A stretch of 64,000 nucleotides of DNA from Alteromonas sp. (lineage in GTDB: Bacteria > Margulisbacteria > Marinamargulisbacteria > UBA6595). The DNA lies in contig CAXPTH010000003.1 in the NCBI GenBank assembly GCA_964220215.1, positions 70,216 to 134,215 of the forward strand, in the 5' to 3' direction. The position numbers and the translations under genes were made by a program. Shown here in pieces: positions 20,698 through 29,992 of the stretch. Within the stretch, counting starts at the first letter, position 1. The number at the start of each line of letters is the position of its first letter. The notes beneath the pieces were generated by a model. It saw nothing but the letters and a program-made list of their open reading frames with translations. It searched no databases and had not been told where the DNA came from.

Positions 20698-21567
20698 TTA
20701 TAGTTTCGCATAAATTCGAAGTTGAGCGCAAGACGATCGCGAGTTTTTTCGTCGTTCCGCGTACGTTGGCTTAATCACTTTTTTTTGCACCGGAGATAAA
20801 CCGGTCGGCAGGGCACGTTTTAGCGTTTTACTTTCGCCCGAATGAAAGCATATAACGGCCAATATAGCCCCACTGGGCATATGGCTTGGAATGCTGTGTA
20901 AAAAATCGTGTATAGCGCCCAATTCATCATTCACTGCCATGCGAACAGCCTGAAACACGCGTTGAACCATGGCAATATACTGTCGGCGCGAATTGTTAAA
21001 ATAAAACGACTGTTTGACGACGCTCACTAAATCATGCGTCGTTTCAAATGGCCGAGTCGCTCGAAAGGCATCAATTTTTTGAATTAGTTTGGGGGCATCC
21101 AAGTCTGCATTTTGCCTAAACATATCCGAAAGCGCCCCAACGGTTGCCGTATTTAACAGCACCGAAGCCGGCTGGCCATGCGTGGGGTCCATGCGCATAT
21201 CCAACGCGGCATCCGGGTGTTGAAAACTAAATCCTCGCGTCTGGTGATCCAGCTGATACGAGGATACCCCCAAGTCAATCAATACTTTGTGTACGGGCTG
21301 ATTGTCTGTTAATACTGTATTTACATCCCGAAAATTGCACTGATGTAGGGAGACTCGAGTATCCGATTCAAACAGGGATTCGCAATGGGCAATGGCTGCC
21401 GGGTCTTGATCCAAACCAATGTAGCGCCCATGGGGACCTAGGTGCTGAATCAAGGCTTGCGCATGCCCACCAAACCCCAACGTGCCATCCACAATACAGT
21501 CGTTGGGCTGAATATCTAAAGCCGCCACAACGGCATCCAGTAATACGGGTATATGGGGTGAGTGCAT
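20698..21567 (-). CDS. rsmH: 16S rRNA (cytosine1402-N4)-methyltransferase
   Basis: Motifs HIPVLLDAVV, DGTLGFGGHA and DLGVSSYQLD. Confidence 0.9.
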   Translation of the reverse strand: MHSPHIPVLLDAVVAALDIQPNDCIVDGTLGFGGHAQALIQHLGPHGRYIGLDQDPAAIAHCESLFESDTRVSLHQCNFRDVNTVLTDNQPVHKVLIDLGVSSYQLDHQTRGFSFQHPDAALDMRMDPTHGQPASVLLNTATVGALSDMFRQNADLDAPKLIQKIDAFRATRPFETTHDLVSVVKQSFYFNNSRRQYIAMVQRVFQAVRMAVNDELGAIHDFLHSIPSHMPSGAILAVICFHSGESKTLKRALPTGLSPVQKKVIKPTYAERRKNSRSSCAQLRIYAKL

Positions 21568-21568
21568 G

Positions 21569-22183
21569 CTAAGTCACCACTTGAGCCGTCATACACCAGG
21601 TTTTTCGCCCCGTCTCTTTGCTAAATTGATGCCAGTGTGATGCATATTGAGTCTCCCAAAACGGATCATGATCCACTTGGGACAACCAAGGCACAGCGTG
21701 AATGGTCTCGTCCATAGCAGCATGCAGTTCACCCACATCGGTTGAAATATGAATGCGAGCCGTATCGGACAAATACGGCCGAACATCGTCCAAAAAGCGT
21801 TCATGAATCACGCGCCGTTTATGGTGTCGCTTTTTTAGCCATGGGTCTGGGTGAAACACGCACAATGTTTGAATTTGCTTGAGTCTGAGCAATTGGGTAA
21901 TCACTTGGCGCCCCTCACCATAGATCACACTGGCATTGCTTAAACCCAGTTGATGCAATCGTTGATTCAACAGAGTTACCAAGGGCTTTCGAATCTCAAT
22001 GCCGAGACTGTATTGCTCAGGATTGTTTTTAGCATAGTGCCGCAAAAACACCCCGCGCCCACAGCCAATTTCAACCATGATTTGATCCGGCAAGTGAGCC
22101 AGTTGATCCGCATAGTCTTCGGGGTTTAACTCAAAATGAAAATTAAATGGATTGGTATGAGTTCGAACACGCATTAGGGCCAC
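21569..22183 (-). CDS. trmB: tRNA (guanine46-N7)-methyltransferase
   Basis: Motifs VEIGCGRG and FHPDPWLKKRHHKRR. Confidence 0.85.
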   Translation of the reverse strand: MALMRVRTHTNPFNFHFELNPEDYADQLAHLPDQIMVEIGCGRGVFLRHYAKNNPEQYSLGIEIRKPLVTLLNQRLHQLGLSNASVIYGEGRQVITQLLRLKQIQTLCVFHPDPWLKKRHHKRRVIHERFLDDVRPYLSDTARIHISTDVGELHAAMDETIHAVPWLSQVDHDPFWETQYASHWHQFSKETGRKTWCMTAQVVT

Positions 22184-23109
22184 CGTGTGTAATAGATTGG
22201 GGGATTTTTGGATTCACAACACTCACTAACAGTATACATCCCCTGAGTGGTTAAAGCGAGTGATTCTCCTTGGGGTTCAATGGCATAGTCAAAACTGTGA
22301 GGGGGTTCATTAAGCAGGGCTTCTCGATTTGGCCACACCAACACCCGACTGGCAGACCGCAAGACAATTCGATCCCCTTGGGCATCCCCAGCAACAATGC
22401 GGTCCGTTCCGGTATGCACGTGATAGGCTACCGTGCCCAACGCTGTTGCCACATGTGAATCGTTTGAATGATTTGAAAAATTTAGGGGCAATTGATAAAC
22501 ACGGGGGATGGCATCGCGTTTGCTAATCACAATTAAATCACCATCATGGATCAATAGCGCTTCCGCATCGCGTCGGCCATCCGGATATTCAAAGCTTAGG
22601 GTATCCACGGTATCAACTGTCACTTGACGGGGTGTTTGCGAGTGGATGAGCGGCTCTTTGAATCGATAAATTTGTTTTGTATTGCGAACTGAAAAATTAT
22701 CCCCAATATCGCCAATATAAATGTAACCCGTGGCACGATCCAAGGCGATGTCTTCCCAATCAACAGCCCGAATCGTTGGAAAAGACAATTCAACAACAAG
22801 ATCCCCGTTGGATTGAATACCAAATAAGCGTGCCGAATCCCCACTGTCATTATGCACCCATAACAACCCTGGATTTTGCACACTCGCAATCAGTCCCGAT
22901 GCTTCATTAATAGCCGATGGCAGCCGTCCCAACACCTGAGTGTTTGATTTAGGGGGTTGAACGGGCAGGCAGGCACTCTCTAGGACCACTAGATAGCTCG
23001 CACCAGCAACACAAAAAACAGCACCCAGAATAAGCAAGCTATGTCGAACTTTATTCATTCCCTTAAGTATATAATCAAATGATAGCTGCTGAACAGTTGT
23101 ATTTTTCAA
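22174..23109 (-). CDS. secreted beta-propeller protein, SdiA-regulated/YjiK-like
   Basis: Signal/TM segment, then INEASGLIASVQNPGLLWVHNDSGD and repeated D/G-rich blades. The family is assigned from memory only. Confidence 0.4.
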   Translation of the reverse strand: MKNTTVQQLSFDYILKGMNKVRHSLLILGAVFCVAGASYLVVLESACLPVQPPKSNTQVLGRLPSAINEASGLIASVQNPGLLWVHNDSGDSARLFGIQSNGDLVVELSFPTIRAVDWEDIALDRATGYIYIGDIGDNFSVRNTKQIYRFKEPLIHSQTPRQVTVDTVDTLSFEYPDGRRDAEALLIHDGDLIVISKRDAIPRVYQLPLNFSNHSNDSHVATALGTVAYHVHTGTDRIVAGDAQGDRIVLRSASRVLVWPNREALLNEPPHSFDYAIEPQGESLALTTQGMYTVSECCESKNPPIYYTRWP

Positions 23110-23172
23110 ACCCTGGTTGCAAATTGCGCTTTACATTTCTGCCTAATTCGTGTTAATCTACCACCCAACTTT

Positions 23173-24465
23173 ATGATTAAGCGATACACAAGAAAAGAAA
23201 TGGAATTTGTTTGGTCCGACCAGTCCAAATTTGAGAAGTGGTTGGCTGTTGAAATTGCAGCTTGTGATGCGCATGTTGAGTTGGGAAATATTCAAAAAGA
23301 GGCTGTGGATGTTATTAAAGCCAAGGCTGCGTTTGATGTGGAACGCATCAAAGAGATCGAATCGGAAATTCATCATGATGTCATTGCTTTTTTGACCAAT
23401 TTAGCTGAAAATATTGGACCTGAATCCCGATTTGTCCACATGGGCCTCACCAGTACGGATGTTGTGGACACCGCATTTTGTTTGCAAATTCAAGCGGCTG
23501 GAAAAATTCTCATGACCGGTCTGGAACATGTGATGGAAAAATTAAAAATTCAAGCAGAAGCGCACAAAACAACCCTGCAAATGGGCCGAACGCATGGGGT
23601 TCATGCTGAGCCGCTCAGCTTTGGCTTAAAATTAACCGTCTGGTACAGTGAAATGCAACGCAATTATGAGCGCTTGCGCATTGCCCTTCAAGGGCTCGCC
23701 GTTGGCAAGCTATCCGGTGCTGTGGGCAACTATGCCAATTTAGATCCCAAGATCGAAGCCATTGTTTGTAAAAAACTCAACTTAGTACCCGCCTCGGCAT
23801 CCACGCAGACCCTACAACGGGATCGGCATGCGCATTTTATGACAACATTGGCTATTATTGCGGGTAGTTTGGAAAAAATGGCCACTGAATTCCGAGCCCT
23901 TCAAAAAACCGAGTTTGGTGAAGTCTACGAACCGTTTGATGCCCTACAAAAAGGATCATCGGCCATGCCGCATAAGAAAAACCCTATTTTAGGGGAACGC
24001 ATTACCGGGTTGTCGCGCTTAATTCGGTCCTACGCATTGACCGCTTTAGAAAACCAAGCCTTGTGGCACGAGCGCGATATTTCCCATTCATCGGCTGAAC
24101 GGGTTATTTTTCCCGATGCGACGATTGCTTTGGATTATGCCATGAGTTTAATGATTCGCATTTTAGACGGCTTAGTTGTTCGCAATGATCGCATGATGGC
24201 CAATATCAATGGATCCAATCGCATTTTCTTTTCACAGCCATTGTTGCTCGTATTGGTGAATGCAGGCATTACACGAGAAGATGCCTACCGATTGGTTCAA
24301 AACCAAGCCATGCGAGCGCATCAAGAAAACATTGATTTTAAAGCGGCTATTTTGTCAGACGAAACAATTATGCAGCATATAACCCACGATCAAATTGACG
24401 ATGTGTTTTCATTTGAGCGATACACTAAAAATATTGACACGATTTATCAGCAAATTTACAAATAG
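23173..24465 (+). CDS. purB: adenylosuccinate lyase
   Basis: 430 aa. It has the fumarate-lyase signature GSSAMPHKKNP and an N-terminal MIKRYTRKEM...W typical of PurB. Confidence 0.92.
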   Translation: MIKRYTRKEMEFVWSDQSKFEKWLAVEIAACDAHVELGNIQKEAVDVIKAKAAFDVERIKEIESEIHHDVIAFLTNLAENIGPESRFVHMGLTSTDVVDTAFCLQIQAAGKILMTGLEHVMEKLKIQAEAHKTTLQMGRTHGVHAEPLSFGLKLTVWYSEMQRNYERLRIALQGLAVGKLSGAVGNYANLDPKIEAIVCKKLNLVPASASTQTLQRDRHAHFMTTLAIIAGSLEKMATEFRALQKTEFGEVYEPFDALQKGSSAMPHKKNPILGERITGLSRLIRSYALTALENQALWHERDISHSSAERVIFPDATIALDYAMSLMIRILDGLVVRNDRMMANINGSNRIFFSQPLLLVLVNAGITREDAYRLVQNQAMRAHQENIDFKAAILSDETIMQHITHDQIDDVFSFERYTKNIDTIYQQIYK

Positions 24466-24481
24466 GAATAGGAACTAAATT

Positions 24482-25627
24482 ATGACATTTCATAGAGCTT
24501 ACGGATTTGACGAAATTGCACTCGCAACCTCAGACATTACCGTCGATGAAGCCGATGTAAATATCGGTGTTAGCATCGCCGATATCAAACTCAATATTCC
24601 CATTATTGCGTCTGCGATGGATTCTGTATGCAGCCCAAGCATGGCCATTGAACTGGGCAAGCTCGGGGCCACAGGGGTATTAAATTTGGAAGGGGTTCAT
24701 ACCCGATACGAAGACCCGGCGTCGATTTTAAAGCAAATTGCCAGCGTCTCAAATACGGAATACGTCACGACCATGCAAACGGCCTATCAAAAAGAGAGTA
24801 TTAAAGACCAGTTGGTAGAGCGTTGCATTAAAACCATTAAAGCCGGTGGCGTCCCAGCGATTGTGTCATCCACGCCACAACGTGCATCGCATTTGGGCCC
24901 ATTGGCAGCCGCAGCGGGCGCTGACGCATTTGTCATTCAATCCACGGTCATTTCCAAGCACTTTTACAGTAGCAATGAAAGCAAAAAATTGGATTTAGAA
25001 GCGTTCTGTGCGTCTATGCCCATTCCAGTGTTAATTGGCAACACGGCAACGTACGATGCAACCAAGTCTTTATTGTCAACGGGTGTTCGGGGCATTTTTG
25101 TGGGTATTGGTCCTGGTGCAGCGTGTACCACACGGGGCGTTCTGGGTATTGGGGTTCCAATGGCAACTTGTATTGCAGACACAGCCAAAGCCCGCGACGA
25201 CTACTTTGCAGAAACGGGGACCTATGTGTCAATTATTGCGGATGGCGGCATTATTAATTCAGGCGATATTTGTAAAGCCATTGCGTGTGGCGCCGATGCC
25301 GTCATGATTGGCTCTCCCCTAGCCCGTGCCAATGAAGCCCCTGGCTTGGGCTTTCACTGGGGCATGGCAACCCCCAATGCACTTCTCCCTCGAGGTGCCC
25401 GTGTTGAAGTGGGATCCATTGCTGATTTGAAAACAATTTTGTTAGGGCCATCGTCATCCGACGACGGGTCATTGAATTTAGCGGGTGCCTTATCCACGGG
25501 AATGGCAACCCTAGGTGCCAAGACTATTTCTGAAATGCAACGCGTCAAAAAGCTAATTGCGCCGTCGTTGCAAACAGAAGGCAAACTCTACCAAAAAACA
25601 CAAAAGCTGGGTATGGGTAAGCACTAA
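24482..25627 (+). CDS. IMP dehydrogenase-family protein lacking the CBS (Bateman) insert
   Basis: 381 aa. It has the IMPDH/GMPR barrel with catalytic-loop-like [11 protein letters not shown] and [19 protein letters not shown]. It is about 100 aa shorter than canonical GuaB, and I could find no CBS pair. Confidence 0.75.
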   Translation: MTFHRAYGFDEIALATSDITVDEADVNIGVSIADIKLNIPIIASAMDSVCSPSMAIELGKLGATGVLNLEGVHTRYEDPASILKQIASVSNTEYVTTMQTAYQKESIKDQLVERCIKTIKAGGVPAIVSSTPQRASHLGPLAAAAGADAFVIQSTVISKHFYSSNESKKLDLEAFCASMPIPVLIGNTATYDATKSLLSTGVRGIFVGIGPGAACTTRGVLGIGVPMATCIADTAKARDDYFAETGTYVSIIADGGIINSGDICKAIACGADAVMIGSPLARANEAPGLGFHWGMATPNALLPRGARVEVGSIADLKTILLGPSSSDDGSLNLAGALSTGMATLGAKTISEMQRVKKLIAPSLQTEGKLYQKTQKLGMGKH

Positions 25628-25632
25628 ATCGC

Positions 25633-27165
25633 ATGATCGCCGTTCTTGATTTTGGGTCCCAATACACTGAACTCATTGCAAGACGGCTCCGTGAGCACGG
25701 TGTTTTAGCCAAATTATTTCCGATCACGGTATCTTATCAAACCTTACAGGATGAATCGGTTCGTGGCATTATTTTATCTGGAGGCCCCAATTCCGTCACA
25801 GAATCGAATCGACTCACCTGCGATGCGGCTATCTTAAATGCCAACATTCCCATTTTAGGTATTTGCTACGGGCTGCAATTAATGATCCATCACCACGGTG
25901 GGCACGTGGCGGCATCGCATAGTCGCGAATACGGAGAAAGCCAAATTACACATTCTGGCCATCCCCTATTTAATCAAATTCCAACAGAAAGTACGGCTTG
26001 GATGAGTCATGGCGATAGCGTTCACAGCATTCCAGCTGATTTTGATGCGATTGGACGCACAGCAACCTGTGAATTTGCTGCGATTGCACATACCCAAAAG
26101 CCATGGTATGGCCTGCAATTTCATCCAGAAGTGGTGCACACCACACAGGGTGCGCAGCTACTGAAAAACTTTGCGATTGACATTTGTCAGTGCTCAGCAG
26201 ACTGGACCCCAGATGCGTTCATTCAAACAAGCATTGCCGATATTCAAACAACCGTTGGGGATGCGCATGTCTTGTGTGCATTATCCGGAGGTGTGGATTC
26301 GGCTGTTGCCGCTGTGTTAATTCATAAGGCCATTGGGGATCAACTAACGTGTATGTTTATTGATCATGGGTTCATGCGAAAAAATGAAGCCAAAATGGTT
26401 CAAAAACTGTTTCAAGAACTGACGATTAAGATTCATTACATTGATGCTAGCACCATCTTTTTAAACGCCTTGGGCGATACCACAGATCCTGAAAAAAAAC
26501 GAAAAATTATTGGCGAAACCTTTATTCGTGTTTTTGAAGCAGAATCCAAAAAACTACCCCAAAACCATGCGTTTTTAGCGCAAGGCACCCTGTATTCAGA
26601 TGTCATCGAGTCCGCCCCCAAGTCAGCCTCAGCAACGGCTCAAACAATCAAGTCTCACCATAATGTATCGGGCCTTCCCAAAGACTTTGACTTCAAATTG
26701 CTCGAGCCCCTGAGAAAACTATTTAAAGATGAAGTTCGGCGCATTGGTCGGCACATGGGCATGCCGGATAGCATGATCAATCGGCAACCCTTTCCAGGCC
26801 CTGGCTTAGCCATTCGAATTATCAACCAGGCCATTACCATGGAAAAAATTGCCTGTTTGCAAGACGCCGATGCCATTGTTTTAGAAGAAGTCAAAAAAGC
26901 CGGCTTATATGAGCAACTTTGGCAATCATTTGCCATTTTAACACCCATTAAAACCGTCGGCGTTCAAGGGGATCAGCGCACGTATCAACATGTCTTGGCC
27001 TTGCGGTTTGTTAACTCCGAAGATGCCATGACCGCGCATTGGGCCGATGTTCCTTACAGCTTACTTAAAACAATTTCCACACGTATTTGCAATGAGCTCA
27101 CGGCCATTAATCGGGTGGTGTACGATATTTCATCCAAGCCACCCGCAACCATTGAGTGGGAATAA
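25633..27165 (+). CDS. guaA: GMP synthase (glutamine-hydrolysing)
   Basis: 510 aa. It has a GATase domain (GICYGLQ, HPE), the PP-loop SGGVDS and the C-terminal PPATIEWE. Confidence 0.93.
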   Translation: MIAVLDFGSQYTELIARRLREHGVLAKLFPITVSYQTLQDESVRGIILSGGPNSVTESNRLTCDAAILNANIPILGICYGLQLMIHHHGGHVAASHSREYGESQITHSGHPLFNQIPTESTAWMSHGDSVHSIPADFDAIGRTATCEFAAIAHTQKPWYGLQFHPEVVHTTQGAQLLKNFAIDICQCSADWTPDAFIQTSIADIQTTVGDAHVLCALSGGVDSAVAAVLIHKAIGDQLTCMFIDHGFMRKNEAKMVQKLFQELTIKIHYIDASTIFLNALGDTTDPEKKRKIIGETFIRVFEAESKKLPQNHAFLAQGTLYSDVIESAPKSASATAQTIKSHHNVSGLPKDFDFKLLEPLRKLFKDEVRRIGRHMGMPDSMINRQPFPGPGLAIRIINQAITMEKIACLQDADAIVLEEVKKAGLYEQLWQSFAILTPIKTVGVQGDQRTYQHVLALRFVNSEDAMTAHWADVPYSLLKTISTRICNELTAINRVVYDISSKPPATIEWE

Positions 27166-28523
27166 TGCAAGAAGCCATCCAAGCATTATTGGATGATTCG
27201 TCCTTAATTTCAGGTTTTTTTGATAAGTATCACAGCGCCGATATCGCAGAAACATTAGAAATGGTGGGCATGGACCAACAAGTGGGATTTTTTATGCTAG
27301 TCCCTCCCAAACTCAATGCTAGCGTATTTGAGCACTTAGACCTTCACTATCAAATTGAATTGGCTAAATGCCTATCCACCAGCACCATGAGCGCAATTTT
27401 AACGCATATGTCTCGCGACAATGCCGTTGATTTGTTGGATGAATTAAATAAATCCAACGCTGATATTAGTGAGCAATTGTTGATTCGATTGCCCAAATCA
27501 TTATCTGGGCATTTTCAAGAATTGTTAACCTATCCAGACAATTCTGCGGGTGCCATTATGGATTCCCGCATGGTAATTATTCCGGAAAACCTGCTGATTA
27601 AAGATGCCATCGCATCGGTTCGATTACAAGCAGATTTGCTTGATAAAGAACATGGGTTTCACATTTTTATTACGGATCATAAAAAACGGTTGGTCGGCTT
27701 TACAACGCTCGCCGATATTTTATTAGCCAATGATTCTGCAACCATTAAAAGCATTCGGTCAGACAACCCGATTGCGGTTCCGGTGACCATGAGCCGCCAT
27801 GACGTTGTTATGGTCTGTCAAAAATACGATTTAAGCATTATCCCCGTGATTGATGATCAGGATGTCTTAATTGGCGTCATTACGAGTGATGACATTATGG
27901 ATGTGGTTATTGAAGAAGCCACCGAAGACTTGTATAAATTATCTGGAACCCATGATATTTCCGAAGCCCAGCTTCTGGGGGGGAGTATATGGCGCGCGAT
28001 TCGATCCCGAATGCCTTGGTTGTTGCTGACAATTTTCGGTGGCATTGCCTCCGCCAGCTTAATTCATACCTATGCCAATCGCTTTCAATTTGCTGAATTT
28101 TCATTGGCCCTCTCCCTTAGCTTTGTTCCCTTGCTCATGGGCTTGGGGGGCAATATTGGCAATCAAAGCGCCACCATTTTTGTACGCAGTCTATCTACCG
28201 GCTTTATTAAATTGGGGCAAGCCAAAGGCTATATTGGCCGAGAATGCTTTGTGGGATGGCTCATGGGGGGTCTATTGGCGATTGTTTTATTCGGATTAAC
28301 AATGCTTATGAATAACAGCCTCTTATTTAGTGCCGTTGTGTCATTGGCTTTATGGCTCAACATGAGCCTAGCCAGCTTAATTGGCGCCAGTTTGCCCGTT
28401 ATGTTTAATCGATTATCCATTGACCCAGCCGTGGCATCCGCTCCGTTTATTTCCATGAGCTTGGATATTATTAGCCAATTGGTTTACTTTAGCCTGACTT
28501 TGTTCATTCTAGGACTTTTGTGA
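27165..28523 (+). CDS. mgtE: magnesium transporter MgtE
   Basis: MgtE N-domain, a tandem CBS region and a C-terminal 5-TM domain (GNIGNQSATI). I chose the ATG at 27165; the track start at 27156 is GTG. Confidence 0.85.
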   Translation: MQEAIQALLDDSSLISGFFDKYHSADIAETLEMVGMDQQVGFFMLVPPKLNASVFEHLDLHYQIELAKCLSTSTMSAILTHMSRDNAVDLLDELNKSNADISEQLLIRLPKSLSGHFQELLTYPDNSAGAIMDSRMVIIPENLLIKDAIASVRLQADLLDKEHGFHIFITDHKKRLVGFTTLADILLANDSATIKSIRSDNPIAVPVTMSRHDVVMVCQKYDLSIIPVIDDQDVLIGVITSDDIMDVVIEEATEDLYKLSGTHDISEAQLLGGSIWRAIRSRMPWLLLTIFGGIASASLIHTYANRFQFAEFSLALSLSFVPLLMGLGGNIGNQSATIFVRSLSTGFIKLGQAKGYIGRECFVGWLMGGLLAIVLFGLTMLMNNSLLFSAVVSLALWLNMSLASLIGASLPVMFNRLSIDPAVASAPFISMSLDIISQLVYFSLTLFILGLL

Positions 28524-29008
28524 ACCAAACACTCACGGGCATTGTTTTACGGCATAAACCGTTATTTGAATCCAAATGGCAAGTCATGCTATTCACAGAA
28601 TCCTTTGGCCGCATGTATGTCCTATCTCGAACACCCAGTAAAAAAAATCCCTTCCACGGTCACCTAGAACCCGGAAACCGAGTGGAGTTATCCGTATTTC
28701 AGGGAAAAACATTTACCTATATTAACCATGCCCAAGCCGTTGAAACCTTCCCTAGCTTGCGCACGGATTATAGCCATTTTGAATGTGGCATGCATATGTT
28801 TAACTTAATTATCCGCTCAACAATGATTCAGCAACCCAGCCCGGAACTCTATCGATTAACACTGACAACATTGCGTAACCTTCAACAGTCACCCGATATA
28901 ACCGCGCTTCGCCAAACGATAGAACGTGATATTTTATCCTGCGAAGGACTCGGCGGTAATGAAGCCGAGTCCTATGCAGACCAACTGCAAAATTATAGCA
29001 ACGCTTAA
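28520..29008 (+). CDS. recO: RecO-like DNA repair protein (short form)
   Basis: The N-terminal OB-fold pattern (TGIVLRHKPLFESKWQVMLFTESFGRMYVLSR) resembles RecO. At 162 aa it is about 80 aa shorter than typical RecO and has no zinc-finger Cys pairs. GTG start. Confidence 0.5.
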   Translation: MNQTLTGIVLRHKPLFESKWQVMLFTESFGRMYVLSRTPSKKNPFHGHLEPGNRVELSVFQGKTFTYINHAQAVETFPSLRTDYSHFECGMHMFNLIIRSTMIQQPSPELYRLTLTTLRNLQQSPDITALRQTIERDILSCEGLGGNEAESYADQLQNYSNA

Positions 29009-29083
29009 TTCATAATGCTACTACTGGTGCTTCATCCTTCAACAGATTCCCAACCATTCTGTTTGGTTATAAACAATAAACCC

Positions 29084-29539
29084 CTAAAATCCAAATAACT
29101 TCACTTGGACCATTGGGCTAAACGAATCCAAAATCGAAAAACTGGAAACGCTGCGCCCCGACTCTCGGCGTACCGATTGCCGCATAATTGAAACATTAAT
29201 CCCAATATAAATATTCCGAGCCACACGGTACAAGGCATGTTTTTCAATCACAAACCCATTTTCGCAATACGCATCGGTATCATAATAATAACCACTAATT
29301 GCCGTGTCACCTAAAAATGGAATGGGAAACCCATCAACCCCTAAACTATGATTAATTTTTCGAGTTGATTGAGTTGTGTAAGACATATTGGCCATCAATG
29401 CAAGTTTATCAATGCCTAGCGGTACCTTTATGCCCGCTCGTTCACTATTTACATCGCTATACACGGACGTTTGCGCAAGGTCAAAGGCATGAACAGACAA
29501 AACAGAATAGACTAAAATAAATAGGATTCGAATAAGCAT
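29084..29539 (-). CDS. small outer-membrane beta-barrel-like protein
   Basis: 151 aa with a signal peptide (ILFILVYSVLSVHAF), an alternating amphipathic pattern and a C-terminal ...VKLFGF (terminal Phe). Confidence 0.4.
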   Translation of the reverse strand: MLIRILFILVYSVLSVHAFDLAQTSVYSDVNSERAGIKVPLGIDKLALMANMSYTTQSTRKINHSLGVDGFPIPFLGDTAISGYYYDTDAYCENGFVIEKHALYRVARNIYIGINVSIMRQSVRRESGRSVSSFSILDSFSPMVQVKLFGF

Positions 29540-29639
29540 ATTATAATTCTAAACTATATATAACTACGGCTGCAAGTAACGCCTGCTATGCTAAGTCAAT
29601 AATGGTTTATAAGAACAGCTAGTAATTAAATAATTAAAA

Positions 29640-29864
29640 TCAAGACGGGGATGCAACATATAATTCCAACAAACAATGTGGAATTGTGTTTTCATTCGTA
29701 TAAAAAAACGCAAGCCCACTCTGCTCCACCGCTGCCCGCACCACCTCACGATCACCACGCAATTCCGCACTCGCATACATCAACGCCAGTCAATTCTGCC
29801 GCACCGCTTCCATCACCACCTTACGATCACCCTTCAATATTTCCACCAATTCTATTTGGTACAT
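29640..29864 (-). pseudogene. decayed gene made of DUF4116-like repeats, interrupted by an in-frame TGA
   Basis: My minus-strand translation from ATG 29864 reads MYQIELVEILKGDRKVVMEAVRQN*LALMYASAELRGDREVVRAAVEQSGLAFFYTNE... The in-frame TGA (29792-29790) sits where the repeat consensus has Gly (AV.QnG.AL.YAS.EL..DrEVV). Confidence 0.6.
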
Positions 29865-29992
29865 GTTGAATATGATCGGGAGTTGATAATTTGGGAGGGG
29901 GGTCACGATTGGCCCATAATATAGTTTGGGTACGATTTTTCAAGCATTAAATCCCTAATTAGCCCCTAATTAGAAGCAGTGGGCAACTATTT

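Noticed and set aside
29790-29792. The in-frame TGA sits at a conserved Gly position of the DUF4116-like repeat. It could signal UGA-to-Gly recoding (genetic code 25) or another stop-codon reassignment.
   Set aside because: TGA clearly terminates well-conserved genes here, for example pheT at 559-561, the TolC-like gene at 44026-44028 and menC at 37559-37561. Long housekeeping ORFs contain no internal TGA. A nonsense mutation in a decaying gene is the simpler reading.
29651-29869. A 72-aa plus-strand ORF with striking Pro/His-rich repeats (APPLPAPPHDHH...APLPSPPYDH).
   Set aside because: It is the antisense reading of the tandem DUF4116-like repeats on the minus strand. The repeat periodicity is inherited from them, and there is no SD.
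29925-29992. A tandem 11-mer (tccctaattag / cccctaattag) just downstream of acs.
   Set aside because: There are only two copies. It has no stem-loop potential beyond the TAATTA palindromes, which is too little to call a repeat element or a terminator.
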